Below are positions 44,356 to 57,224 of a DNA stretch of 64,000 bases, one piece after another. The stretch comes from the human T2T-CHM13v2.0 reference genome, Homo sapiens. The stretch lies in NCBI RefSeq assembly GCF_009914755.1, contig NC_060928.1. One strand, given 5' to 3'. Position numbers and translations under genes: made by a program. Below the pieces are notes generated by a model, which did not search any database, was not told the origin of the DNA, and saw nothing but the letters and a program-made list of their open reading frames with translations. The first letter of the stretch is position 1; each line of letters starts with the position of its first letter.

Positions 44356-46255
44356 TGCAAGAATAACCAAGATAAGGCTGGTAATAAGGGTTGGGGAGAG
44401 ACTGGTTGTCTAGATACTAAAATCTTTTATAAAATTATAGTAATTAAAAATGTATATTTATGCACAATGAGCAAAATAGGTCAATAAAAGAGAGATAACA
44501 AAATCTATAATTAGATCTAATGCATGTAGTAATTTAGTATAATAAAAATAGTATTTCAGATACATATGGGGAATATGGATTATTTAATAAAGGAGTTCAG
44601 ATCACTTGCCAAATACATAGAAAAAAATAAGTTGTTTTTCTAACTCATGCCTTACACAAAGTCAATTCCAAATAGCTCAAAGACTTAAACATAAGCATAC
44701 CCTAAAAGTACTAAAATAAAGCATAAAAATATAATCTTAGAAAAGAGAAGCCTTTCTGGAGGATGTTGCAAAACTCAGAAACATAAAAGAAAAGATACTT
44801 TTAACTGCATACAAATTTACATTTTCTGGAAATAATCAAAAAATCAAAAGACAAATGGGAAACAAGAAAAAATTACAACATATCACCAACTTAAAGTTAA
44901 TTTCCTTATGTATAAGAATCTTACTAATCAATTAATGAAACTCAAACATAACTTATAAGAGTTGAAATTAATAACACTCTAAGAATAGGAATGTCATAAT
45001 TGTTATCAAAATTATAAATTTCCAAACTCTTTCTTTCATCAATTCTACTAGGACTTTATAGCAGATTTGGTAACATACAGGGAAAATGGGATACAGAGAA
45101 GGATAGCTGTTATAACATTGTTTCCATTAGAAAAAGATTGACAAAAAATGCAAAGATCCATACTGAACTCCTACACTGAAGGTTGGTAAAACGTTTAATG
45201 GCATATTCCTAAACTAGGTACTATGAAGACATTAAAAATAATGATAGTGTTACATATTTTTACCATGGAAAATCGCTAAGATACCCTAAGTGGAAAAAAC
45301 AAGAAACAGAGCAGATAGAACAGTATGCATATATGTTACTATTACTGATTACATATTGGATATGCATTTTTATATAACATTATATGATACCATTAGATAT
45401 TACATATACTATAGGCATATTATGATACATAGCGATATATGTGTACATATACACATATAATATGTCTAGAGTATTTAGAAAACAACTGGTATTAGTGGTT
45501 GTCTTTGAAATAAATACTTTGAACTATTTATATTACCTATTCTATAAATAACTAAAATATTCATGAAATAAAATTTAAAGTTTTAATTAAACAAACATCA
45601 TTGAAAAAAAGGTCTCTTCCCTTTAGCCTTTCTTTCTCAGTGTTCCTCTGCTCTTTTCTCTGTGTGAGAGTGAGTAGTGCAATGTGAAGCTGGTTGGGAT
45701 GATGAATAGTCTCTCTTAGGCAGGAAGAGATCAGCTCCAGAAAAAATAGAGCCATAAAATTTGAAATATTTTCTGGTTAGGGGTCTGCCAATCTGTACAT
45801 TAAAGGAAAAAAAAAATGAAAGGTGTTCCAGACTCCAAGGCCAGGAGAAGATGCAGAAAAATGAAAAAAAATAGTTGGGAAATTTATGTTTGTCAGAGAC
45901 TCTTTTTTAATTCCTCTGGTTCTTTAGGTTAACATTCTGTGCACATCAGCAAAGTTCCCAAACCCAACTGCCATCATTTCTGAAAAGAGCAAAGAACGAG
46001 GCAGCCCTTTCATTCTGGAATCTCCAAGTGCTGCAGGCATCTCTGTGGGGGTGATCACATCTCTAACCATTCTCCTTTGCTACTGTAGGCCCACTTTACA
46101 ATGTATTGTAATTACCAGCATTTAAATTAATACAAAGTGCTAGCTTCTAAAATTACTGTCTTATTATGAATCAATAATCAAAAATACAAAAGGTTTTATC
46201 TCTTATAAATGCTAGTAATCATGTTACCCATACCACTCCTAAGGCAGATAAGGGT

Positions 46256-46554
46256 TGTTACTATTACTGATTATATATTGGATATGCATTTATATATAAC
46301 ATTATATAATACTACTAGATATTACATATATTATAGGTATATTATGATACATAGTGATATATGTGTACATATACACATATAATATGTCTAGAGTATTTAC
46401 AAAACAATTGGTATTAGTGGTTGTCTTTGAAATAAATACTTTGTACTATTTATATTACCTATTCTATAAATAACTAAAATATTTGTGAAATAAAATTTAA
46501 AGTTTTAATTAAACATCATTGAAAAAAAGGTCTCTTCCCTTTAGCCTTTCTTTC
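46256..46554 (+). repeat. ~300-bp direct duplicate of 45334-45636
   Basis: Aligns end to end with about 13 substitutions and a 4-bp indel (hand count). Confidence 0.95.
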
Positions 46555-46714
46555 AATAGATTGGGGCTAGGGTTGGCTCAATAAAAAGCTAAACATGTAT
46601 TTGCAGAATTCTAATCACCTGTTTCCCTCCTCTCTATAGGGGAGTGGAACTGGGGCAACAAATAGAGTTTTCATCACGACATAACAAATGTTTTGATGGG
46701 AATTGTTTAAGTTT

Positions 46715-47210
46715 GATTTTTCTCCAAAGCAGAGCCTAAGACAAGAATCTCAATGCAAGTGTTGTATATAGGAAGTGGTCTCAGGAAACAGAAGTGAGGG
46801 GCCATGAAATGTGACACGGGGATAGGAAGAAAGCTAATTAAGGCTGTGGTACTAAGCTGGTTACCACTTAGAGCATCTGGGTGTCAATCCCAAGTGAGAT
46901 CCTCTGAGAAACTGTGTAGACCACCTCTCTGATTTGTTCCTCTGATAGATGGGTGATTGAGAAATTTATCTATCCATTCTAGTGCCTTACTGGTTAAGGT
47001 TGCCCAAAGGGCATTAACTCCTTGCACCTCCAAGCTGCCCAATTTTGGGGCTAAGTGAACTGTCCAGGGCTTCAGAAAATGCTAAGAAACACAGCAAGGG
47101 CTTGAGGTGGGAAGCCGCCATTGTGCACGGGAACATCCCACCACAACTGCTTCTGAAATCACATGTGGGCCAAGCAGCTGTGGTGCATGGTACAAAACAT
47201 GTCTGCTCCA
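46715..47210 (-). mobile_element. LTR16-like ERVL LTR
   Basis: 'aagcagagcctaagacaag..tgcaagt..caggaaac..ggttaaggttgccc'. Confidence 0.65.
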
Positions 47211-47909
47211 GAGTTAAAGAAATAGTTAAAGACTGCAGCTCAAAGGAAACTAACTACATAAACACATTTACATCATACCATATGCTAGATCCCTGAAAGT
47301 CTTAAGGGATTTCTAAAGTTTCTCGTATTACAGATTGTCACAGATAACTAGCAAGATTTTAGTGCACAGGGCCTAGTGGTCGTGCAGAATAAAGAGATAA
47401 CCCCCTGTATTTTGGGACATATTTGAAAATTCAGACATTTATTATGAGGTTGATGGGGTCACCAGTCAAAATGCCTAAACTGAAATAACTTGATTTGGGA
47501 GTTTCCACTGAATAAAGTGAAACCAAAAATCAGTATTATTCCACAGCAAGTAACTTGTCCTATTCACAAAGTTCCTTAAGGTTAGTGTTTATCATAATGA
47601 GGCAGAGATGGTGCATAGCCCAAAATTCTTGCTTACCTCCCACAATGGAGCTATCACTCCCAGCCAGCAGGAATTACGTTTCCCAATCCCCGTTTGAATC
47701 CACTTATCAGCATGGAATGTGTGTTTCTGAATTCATTGTCCCTAAGGTTCTTTGTCCCTCCAGAGTCTCTGCAGGCCTGGGGTAGGTGCATTCACCCAGT
47801 TTTTAGAGTGACAACTGTGATACCGGGGGTGGGGTGGGCGGCAGGGGGGCCAATTGCTTGAACTGCTTTATATAGAGACTTTCAAACAGTTCTTTTTTTT
47901 ATTATATAT

Positions 47910-49342
47910 ATGTTTTTATTTCAATAGCTTTTGGGGTGCAAGTGGTTTTGGTTACATGGGTGAATTACACAGTGGTGGTGAATTCTGAAATTCTAGTATA
48001 ACCATCACCCAAGTAGTACACGTTGTACCCAGTATGTAATTTTTAATCCTATACCCTCCTCTCTCTCTCCCCCTTCTAAGCCTCCAAAGGGCGTTATATC
48101 AACTCTGCATGCTTTTGCGTACTCATAGCCTAGCTCCCACTTATAAGCGAGAATGTATGGTTTTTGTTTTTCCATTCCTGGGTTACTTCACTTTGCAGCT
48201 TCATCCAAATTGCCACAAAAGACATTATTTCATTCTTTTTTATGGCTGAATAGCATTCCATGGTGTGTGTGTGTGTGTATATGTGTATATATATGTTGTG
48301 TGTGTGTATATATATGTGTGTATATATATGTTGTGTGTGTATATGTATATATATAAAACCCTTTCAATCAAATAAGCAACAATGTTGGATAAATGTTAGA
48401 AAATCTCATTATTAACTACTGCTATATATATATATAATATATATACATATGTATATGTGTACATATACACATATAATATGTCTAGAGTATTTATAAAACA
48501 ACTGGTATTAGTGGTTGTCTTTGAAATAAATACTTTGTACTATTTATATTACCTAGTCTATAAATAACTAAAATATTCATGAAATAAAATTTAAAGTTTT
48601 AATTAAACAAACATCATTGAAAAAAATGGTCTCTTCCCTTTAGCCTTTCTTTCAATAGAGTGGGGCTAGGGTTGGCTCAGTAAAAAATTATATATATATA
48701 TACACATATATAATTTCATTTATCCACTTGTCAGTCGACAGGCACTTAGGTTGGTTCCATATCTTTGCAGTTGTGAACTGGGCTGCAATGAACATATATG
48801 TGCATGTGTCTTTTTCATTAATAACTTCTTTTCATTTGGTAGATACCCAGGAGTAGGGTTGCTGGATCAAATGGTAGATCTACTTTGGTTCTTTAAGGAA
48901 TCTCCATACTGTTTTCCATAGAGGTTGCACTAATTTACATTCCCACCAGCAGTGTATGTGTTCCCCTTTCACCACATCCACATCAACATCTATTGTTTTT
49001 GGACTTCTTGATAATGGCCATTCTTGCAGGAATAAAGTGGTATCTCGTTGTGGTTTTAATTTGCATCTCCCTCATGATTTGTGATGTTGAGCACTTTTTC
49101 ATATATTTGTTGGACATTTGTATATCTTCTTTTGTGAAATGTCTATATGTCCTTTGCCCACTTTTTGATGTGATTACTTGTTGTTTTTTTTTTTCTTGCT
49201 GATATGTTTCAGTTCCTTGTATAATAGATTCTGGATACCTGTCCTTTACCAGATGCATAGTCTGAAAATATTTTCTCCTATTCTATGGGTTGTCTGTTTA
49301 CTCTGATGATTATTTCTTTTGCTGTGCAGAAGCTTTTTAATG
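47910..49342 (-). mobile_element. L1MA1/L1PB-like 3' end, interrupted at a (TA/TG)n tract by the composite insert 48358-48686
   Basis: Antisense 3'UTR 'ttcaatagcttttggggtgcaag..' and ORF2 end. L1 sequence pauses at 'ttccatggtg' (~48264) and resumes at 'tttcatttatccac' (~48715). Confidence 0.85.
48358..48686 (+). repeat. Three-donor composite local duplication embedded in a TA/TG microsatellite
   Basis: 48358-48406 = 50087-50135 (49/49); 48411-48422 = 49767-49778 (12/12); 48452-48686 ~ 46358-46587. Confidence 0.93.
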
Positions 49343-49509
49343 TTTTCAGTCCTATTTCCCCTCCTCCACCACCACCATCCCCTTTTATAAAGGTTATTGC
49401 TGTTGTCAATTGCTGAGAATTTCTGGCATTGCCTAGTGGGAAACAACCACTTCTGACTCTTTTTTTAAACAGGCTTGAACATATGCATTTCTTTTCATCC
49501 CTTCAGATA

Positions 49510-49730
49510 AAGGGCAAGGTGACAGAGTAGATAGGGCAAAATCCATAGGGTCCTAAGCACAGGAGCTTCTGTCCATGGAGTTAGGGTGTTCACCCTTCCA
49601 GCACATGGACACATTCACCAACTCAGAAGCTCATCAAATCCCAATGTTTGAGAGTTTTTATAGAGCTAATCACCAGCCCCCAACCTGTTCCCCTTCCCAA
49701 GGCCAGTGGTTGGGGCTGAAACTTTCTCTA
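49510..49730 (-). mobile_element. MER21-like LTR fragment
   Basis: 'caggagcttctgtcc..ggagttagggtg..gcacatgga..ttcaccaactcagaagctc..ggggctgaaa'. Confidence 0.6.
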
Positions 49731-50088
49731 CAAGCCAGTTTTGGTTTTAATTTTTCTGTCAGCTAAATTAACTACTGCATAAGCATCTATTTTTGCTGCT
49801 TAAAATCTCTCCTCTTCTGTTCTTTTTTTTTTTTTTTTTTGGTAGCTTCAAGCCATCTAAAATTCTTTTAATGTCATTATACTGCAGTTCCAAGAGTGAG
49901 TGGATGCAAATGCTGGCATTCCGTCATGTTTAACCCTTATTATCCAAACAGAATTACATGTCAACCATGTGCTGGGAATTTTTAAAAATGAATATAACCT
50001 GCCCTGTTTCCTCCAGAGCTTCCTCACAAAAAAAAAATTTAAACTTACCTATATACTAGGTAAGACAGTCTTCCAAAAACTCACTTAC

Positions 50089-50167
50089 CCTTTCAATCAA
50101 ATAAGCAACAATGTTGGATAAATGTTAGAAAATCTTTCCTGCTGTTTTGGGCTATTCCTGGGTAGCT
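50089..50167 (-). other. Candidate non-coding exon
   Basis: tttagttttctattaacag|...AAGG|gtaagt; alternative donor AG|gtaagt at 50049; stops in all three frames. Confidence 0.3.
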
Positions 50168-52649
50168 CTGTTAATAGAAAACTAAAGCTGTATCTTGCCT
50201 ATTAGTCTGTTTTTTGTTTTTTGTTTTTGTTTTTTTGTATGTGCAAAGTTACTCAAGGTAGAATATCCAAGCCTTGGATGATTCATTGAGATGTCATTTC
50301 CGAAACTAATCACTTCTCAAAGTTATATTTCAACCAGTTGAAAGAAAAGTCATTCATTGCCAAGACAGGGAGTCTTGGATGGAATTCCAGACATCTGTGA
50401 GGAGCCAAGTATCCAGAATGATCTAGTCTTCTCTCAGAAAGGAAAGGCTGTTAGAAAGAACTGACAAACAGCTGTGACAGCTTATATAGGTTATACTACA
50501 CAGACACAAACTAAAAAAATGAGGGCACAAGAAGGAAACCAATACAAGAAAATAGAGTGAATCATTTGTCAGTGGCATTCATTCAATTGTTCTTCACATA
50601 TAAATATATAAATATACATAATGATGCTAGAAAGCAGCAAGGGCTGCATGAATCAATTATATCACATTTTATGGCCCGAACACTGTGCTGGTAGCAACTC
50701 CAAAGAATTTTTCTTCTATCAATGCGCTACTGTTGATTTGTGTAACTTTGCAGCAATTTCCAAAAAGAAAAAAAAAAATTCCCGAGGAAAAGGATTGTAT
50801 GCAGACTATGTTCCTGTTGTTTGTTCTTTAGGTTCCCTCACCACTCAGACTGCTCTAAAGCAGCGTTAAACTCATAAGTGAGACTCAGTGTGTGTCTGTC
50901 AACACAGTTTATATGCACATTCTAGTTTGACAAAGCAAACTGTATCCACTTTATAGAAAAATCACAGGAAAAATAATAAGTTGTAAAATATTATTGATAC
51001 TACCACATCCTGATTGTTGTCTTGTCTACTTCCACAAAAGCTTTCACTTTGATTGGGTGAGGGAAAAAAAAAAAAACCTAAGTTGTTAAATACGGTAGTC
51101 TGTCATTTTATTAGAAAAACCCCTTCTCAGTCCTTGCCATAACTATATACACATTTCAGTCAGTGCAAGGGAGAGGAAGAAAGAGAAAAAGAAGGGATTC
51201 TGGTAATAAAAGTGCCATTTATCCCAGCCAAAATGATGCTGCCATTGTCCAGCCCATGGGGACAGTCTCTTTCTTTCATTCGAAGATTTTTTTGAAGTCA
51301 CTGAACTTAGTGGGTGAGAGACCAGGACCAAAACCAGGTAAAGTGAGAGACAATTACTTGATCTCTTTTTCCTTTAAACATCATTCATTTGCCAGGTAAC
51401 CACACCAGGAAGAAACAGAGCTAAGGAACTAGCCATGCATTGGACAAGAAAGAGGCAACATAGGAGCTTCAGATACGTTTGGCCATCTATACTTTCACAT
51501 CACTGAAAGTAATCCCTTACCTTAATATTACTGAATTAGAAGATACTTTCAGCATTTCAACAATTTATTTTAACTTTTTGAAATACAGATGAATTGCTTC
51601 ACTTAATGTTCTCAACTTCACAGTAGGAAAAATTTTCATTTCATCACAAGAATCATTCTGAGTGGGCAGGGAGAGGAAAATGCAAAAGGTCAAGAATATA
51701 TCATTTCACTTCTTCTCTGTGGCTGTCACCATTGAGTCTCTGAGCCAAGTCATGAAAATTATGTATAATCCCCAAAGTTTTTGGAAAGAGGAGATTTCTT
51801 TCCTTTCATTTTCTTCCTTATTTCCTTACTTTGAAGAATTGGATGGCATCACCTATGTTACTCTAAATTTGTTTTACTGTCTTCTTTCTCTCTCCCTTTC
51901 CTTTCTCTAAGTTCTAGTTCTCTGACTACAAACCTGCATAGATTTCTCCCTATTATGTAACCTGATAAAAAGAAAATTTTCACCTCTCAGGCTTTCTTTT
52001 CTCTCCTTATTCAGACAAAGGTGCTGACAACAGAGGTTGAGTGAGAAGGTAGGATGCCAGATTTTTTGTTTGTCCCTTGAATTGGGAGAGGAGAATGGTC
52101 AATTCTAAAGTAGGTATTCATATCCATTTCCAAATAGATATGAATGCAATCAAGAGCACTAAGCAAAGTCAGCCTAAGAGAGGTGGAGGACCTCAAGGAG
52201 AAGACCAGCCTTCACCATGGCACAGTATTAGCATGTCCATAGGGCAGCAATAGTTGACAGAGGTGGCTACATAATTTTTCTAAAGAAATAATATTAACTC
52301 CCAATAGGTTGCAAGCAGTATGCAGGGATTTCATAAGCTGTCAAATGTCTCAGTATGGAGATTTAAAAGTATTGATGGAGTAGGAGGCCTTAGCAAAAAT
52401 TATTAAAGATAAAACTTTCAGAATAACCCAAACCTTACTTCTTGTACTCCCCAAAAAATAAAACTAACAGAAGCTCAAAGTATAAAAACACTCTTATCTT
52501 CCCACTTGGTATTATGTAAAGATTAATAGCCTCCCAAGCTGAGGAGCATTAGCAACTACTCTTTGAAACTTTTTACCGCAACTATATTGAAAAATGTGTC
52601 TTCTGTAGCTATTGCAATATCTGACACATAAAGGTGCACCACCAATGTT

Positions 52650-52810
52650 GGAGGAAAAAAAGAAAAGAACAAAAGAAGACAAAAAGAAAAGAAGGAGAGG
52701 CAAAGAAGTGAAAGGGGGAAGGAAGGTATAAAAGTGGTAAGAAAAGATGGAAAGAGCGAATGAAGCAAACAGGGAAAGGGGGGAAGAAAGAAAGGCAAGA
52801 ATAAACAAAC
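52650..52810. repeat. Purine-rich low-complexity tract
   Basis: Almost exclusively A/G. Confidence 0.8.
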
Positions 52811-52879
52811 ATTTTCTTTTCTTAATATTTAGCAGCCAAATCACAGTGATATTGATTGCCTTTTTCACTCCTATACAGT

Positions 52880-54322
52880 TAACAAGAAACTCTGAGGACT
52901 GTTAGAGAAAAACACAAACATATAGTAGATTATTGCCATTATAAATTCATGTTTTCTGCCATCACTTGAGCCCTCACTACTATCACCCTTTTAATACCTG
53001 TGGTCAATGTCACCTCCCACTTCCCCAACAGCTAGTTTGTACTTTGCCTCCTTTGCAGCTCACTTTTCACTCACAACAGAATTTAATAAGAAAATTGAAA
53101 CCATAAACTTTTAATGTTCTGCCCTTCTACCTATAAATTAATTTGCATCCACATCATTGCTTGACTTATAGGTCCAGAGGTTGAGGAAGTTCTCCCTCTA
53201 CTCGAGTTCAACTGTTCTTCATATTCTCTTGATTTTGTCTCTTGCCATTTTCTGGAGCATTTCTTCTTTTGTCTTCCATCTCTTTTATGTATCTTTATTT
53301 TATTCCCTTTTTATTGTATTTTTCTCAATACTAAAACATACTGACATACTCCTTATCCTAAAAAGGAGACTAACTTCCAAAATTCCATGTCATTTTACTG
53401 TGTCTAGTCACTTTTCTTCCTTTCTTAACAACCTTCTAAACAAATATCTTTTTTGAAGATAGCTCTACTTCTTTTATAACCCATTCCTCAAACACTTTAA
53501 TGTGTTTTCTGTCCCCTACAATGTTATTGGGTTTCTAATGACTTTGCAATTACCTCTATGACGTTGAATTTGAAGTTGCAATACACAACAAAGTTGTGTT
53601 TTAAAATTATGATCGTACTAACTCTCTATACTGCATCTTGACATTGACTGTATCCACTTTATAGAAAAATCATGGGAAAAATAATGAGTTGTAAAATATT
53701 GTTGATACCATCACATCCTGATTGTTGTCTTGTCTACCTCCACAAAAGCTTTCACTTTGATCAGGTGAGGGAAAAAAAAACTAAATTGTTAAATATGGTA
53801 GTCTGTCATTTTATTGGAAAAACACCTTCTCAGTCTTTGCCATAACTATATACCTATTTCAATTAGTGCAAGGGAGAGGAAGAAAGAGAAAAAGAAGGGA
53901 TTCTGACAATAAAAGTGCCATTTATCCCAGCCAAAAGGATGCTACCATTGTCCAGCCCACGGGCCCAGTATGGTCTTCCCTTTTCGTAAGTCCTCCACCC
54001 TGTTTCTTCTCATTATGCTGCACATTCCCAGTTCTTTTAATGATTCGACGTCTGTGCCATTTTTTCCTCTTTTGTGAGATCTTCATCCTCTGCCTGTCAT
54101 CTCATCATCTGTGTCTCTAGTTATTCTACCATCAGCCTGGTGCTCCTCGTGAGTGACCTCATCCTCTACTTACATGCTGATGACCTCCAAATGTATGTCA
54201 CCAGTCTAGACTTTTCCCCACCTCTTCAGACTCATCTATCAAACTTCTATTTAGAAATGTTCTCAATATTAATTTCCAGAACACTCACATTTGACACATC
54301 CAAAACCACAGTCACCATCTTT
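52880..54322 (+). mobile_element. L2 remnant interrupted by the duplicated segment at 53647
   Basis: 'acatgctgatgacctccaaatgtatgtcaccag..ctcttcagactcat' (L2 RT YADD region; ORF track LHADDLQMYV). Confidence 0.65.
53647..53963 (+). repeat. ~320-bp direct duplicate of 50939-51260
   Basis: Aligns end to end with about 23 substitutions, including reciprocal CA/TG CpG decay, plus a poly-A length change. Confidence 0.95.
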
Positions 54323-55795
54323 ATCAGTCAGGATCCCAACAGGCAATTGCTGATACACTTGAAATAGGATAATTCAAGGAGATTTACTAATAAGGACACT
54401 ATTTATGAAGATACCAGGGTAGAGAAATCACAAAAGAAAGTTGAGCAACACAGGGCGCTCCATCACAGGCCAAAGGAATGAAGAAAGAAAACATTAATGA
54501 AATCTTGAAGGAGAAAATCTGTACAATTATGAGAAAACATCATTGTCTATTTGGATCCATGTAAGTCAGCCTTATAGGATGAAAAAATGAATAGAGAGTA
54601 CCTCTAGTGAGGCAAACAGTAGATATCCAGTGCAATGCATCCCTTAGCTTCTTAGCATTCACTTTCATCACTTTGTTGGGTGAAAGTGTAAAACATCAGT
54701 TCAGGGAATTCAAAAAGCCCCACCTGCAGGGAGTATCCATTCAGTTATTATTCCATGTGAATGCTACAATATTAGTCCAACTGATATTCTTCATATAGGG
54801 TAGTATGGAAAGAAAGACGAAAGAAACAGTTAAATAAACAGAAACTTAGCTGTTACAGTTCACAACTCCGTCGCTTGCCATGAGGACAAATTTGGTAATC
54901 CCAGCTCCTTTTTCCAACACATCTCCCGAATTCCCCTTATCCTTTGCCAACACTGCACAAAATCATTTGCCTCATAGAGTCACCCAAACCTTATCTCTGC
55001 AGGATCTGTGTCCATGGCGTTATTTTTCTTTTTTTTTTAGCTAACACCATTTTACAGTGACTGTAATATTTGGGCAAGGGAATATTAAGAGACTCTCTAG
55101 GGAATCCCCTGGATTCTAAAAGGAGTCTTTTCCTCGTTGTTTAGCAGCAAGCCAATTTGTCTCTAGTTATTAGGATTAATCGCCCCAGCAGCTAGATAAT
55201 TGGCATAGAGTCCAGAAAGGCCAGGGGACTCATCTTCCAATTTGTTGGAATCATGACTGTTTTTTCTAGTGGAAGAAGCCCCACCTTGGGGACTAGGATC
55301 ACCAAATCCACGAACTGAAGATCATGGGAAAAGGAAGCAAGAAATCTAGCAGAAATAAAGGTCATGGTGAGAGACAACTACTCTCATCTCTCTACCATGT
55401 TTGACACACCTGTACACACACTCTGTGAGAGAGACAGCACCATATATTAGTTATTTGTTTAAGGCATATATCACAAGCTGCACAACAGCTCCTCCAAACA
55501 TCAGAAAGCATGTGTCTCAGATTTCTCCAAAATTGAATAAATCCTAGCAGTTTATTTTATTGTTCTTCCAAACAGTTGGCTGTTTCTGCATGACAAGGGA
55601 TGTGGTGAAATCCTTGATAATTACCAGTGAAATCCTTGGTAAAGAGCCCATTGCCACATTTCCTCTGTAATCATGAATCACCTCTACTTAAAAGCATTGT
55701 AGTATAGGACCTTATGGCATGGGTAAGGCATTCTGAAAGTATTGAATGGTGGTGCTAGGAGAAGCACTGTAGGCAGGAAAGACAAATCCATGTGT
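54323..55795 (-). mobile_element. ERVL-class LTR (LTR40/41-like, ~54323-54640) plus antisense ERVL internal remnant
   Basis: 'tcagtcaggatcccaacagg..ttgaaataggataattcaaggaga'. The reverse strand reads 'LVILVPKVGLLP..MIPTNWK', like the ERVL post-integrase/dUTPase region. Confidence 0.55.
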
Positions 55796-55809
55796 ACAAC
55801 TTTGTGTCT

Positions 55810-57222
55810 CATGTCAAAACCCAACAGAGAGCATCTACCACAGAGTAAGAACACAGTATGATTTGCCTCATGGATGTCTACCAGCCTCTGAAATAATCCA
55901 CCCTTGTGCTTTCACAATGGGCCTATGAATGGGATTGACACGTTGGCAGGGATGGAGGCTGAACATGGGCTCCTTCTAATCAAGGTTTATTGGGTTAGTG
56001 TCAGCATTGAAAGTCTAACCTATCAACTGTCAACAGTCAGAGACTGATGATAAAACTCAATATGGTTTTATAACTTGTGGAGATTAACCACACACTTGGA
56101 GGTAATGGATTATTTTGGATTCCTTCAGCTCTGAAGGTGGGCAGCGATTTGTCCTTACTGTGACTATGTGTGTTCTTGGTGTGGATTTGCCTTTCTTTCT
56201 GCAATGAGTTGTTAAATAACACCATTTTTCAAAGCCTCACTAAGGTCTGATTTACCAAACAGGATCCTGTAGCATATTAACCTGGATGAGAGGACCCACT
56301 TTATCACACAAGAGGTGTGACAGTGTGCACATGACTATGGAATCTACCAGTCCTACTATATATTGCTTCACCTGGAAGTGTGTAGAGTAATTGGACATTG
56401 GAATTGTGTCTTACAGACACAATTTAAGGCATCAGTTTGGGGATGGCACTTTGTATATAGTTGGGATACTCTCTTTGACATGCAGCATATACTTTGAAGC
56501 AATAACTGTTTTATGATACTGTGCTGCTAATAGTGACAACATATGAGTCTGGAAATGAAGAGATGGAAGTAGAATTGGCCTCCCTCAACATAATTCTACA
56601 GGACCCACTTAGGAACTTTGTGCTTTCTATGTGAAGGAATGCTTCTATCTGTTGATATAGTATGCACTTCATAAAACATAAAGCTACAGATGTTCCTTTA
56701 TTCTATATGCCTGCAAATTATTAAGAAGAAAAGTGAGTTATTATATTGTTAGGGGTAATCTCTGATTGTCATAATGAGATAAGGTGGCTGCTACATAATG
56801 AAGGTAGGGAAGAAAATGTTAAAACTATGGGGATACCTTGGATCTTCTCTTAGCACTTCCATGCCCAATCAAAGCCAAGAATAGGCTATTGCAGCACCCA
56901 CAGTCTTACAGGGGCAAAGTAAACAAGGTTTACATAACTTATGGGTGAAGATCTTAGTCACTCTACTGAACAAGAAAACCTAAATCCACAGAATTGCTAG
57001 CTAAGAGTAGGGAGATCTAAAATGAGTACTAGAAAAAGCACATAATAAAAGTCAAATATGGTTTTGGAACCAACTAGAGGAGCAGAGATAGTTTATTTCA
57101 CTGTACTCTCTGTTTTGAGGCTTTTTTAAAGAAAAGAAAGAAATTCAACTTGCTTGAAAAGTCAATGAAAGAACAGAGAGAACTTATCATGGATATGAGT
57201 AGATCCAGGCTCTAAGGGTGGA
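55810..57222 (+). mobile_element. ERVL internal (pol integrase/dUTPase region) remnant, sense
   Basis: 'ggcagggatggaggc..catgggc', 'tggattattttggattccttc', 'ggacccactttatc', 'cacctggaag', ending at a 'aagggtggac' polypurine-tract-like junction. Confidence 0.65.
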
Positions 57223-57224
57223 CA

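Noticed and set aside
52015-52048. Microexon after the strong acceptor at 52014
   Set aside because: Only weak or ambiguous donors (gtgctg, gtgaga, gtagga).
45334-53963. Duplicated segments as assembly artefacts
   Set aside because: The longer copies differ by about 3-7% with CpG-decay patterns, consistent with real old duplications.
51163-54120. Paralogous basic peptides 'QGRGRKRKRRD' as a micropeptide family with an NLS
   Set aside because: GTG starts, purine-rich bias, and similarity ends exactly at the edge of the local duplication.
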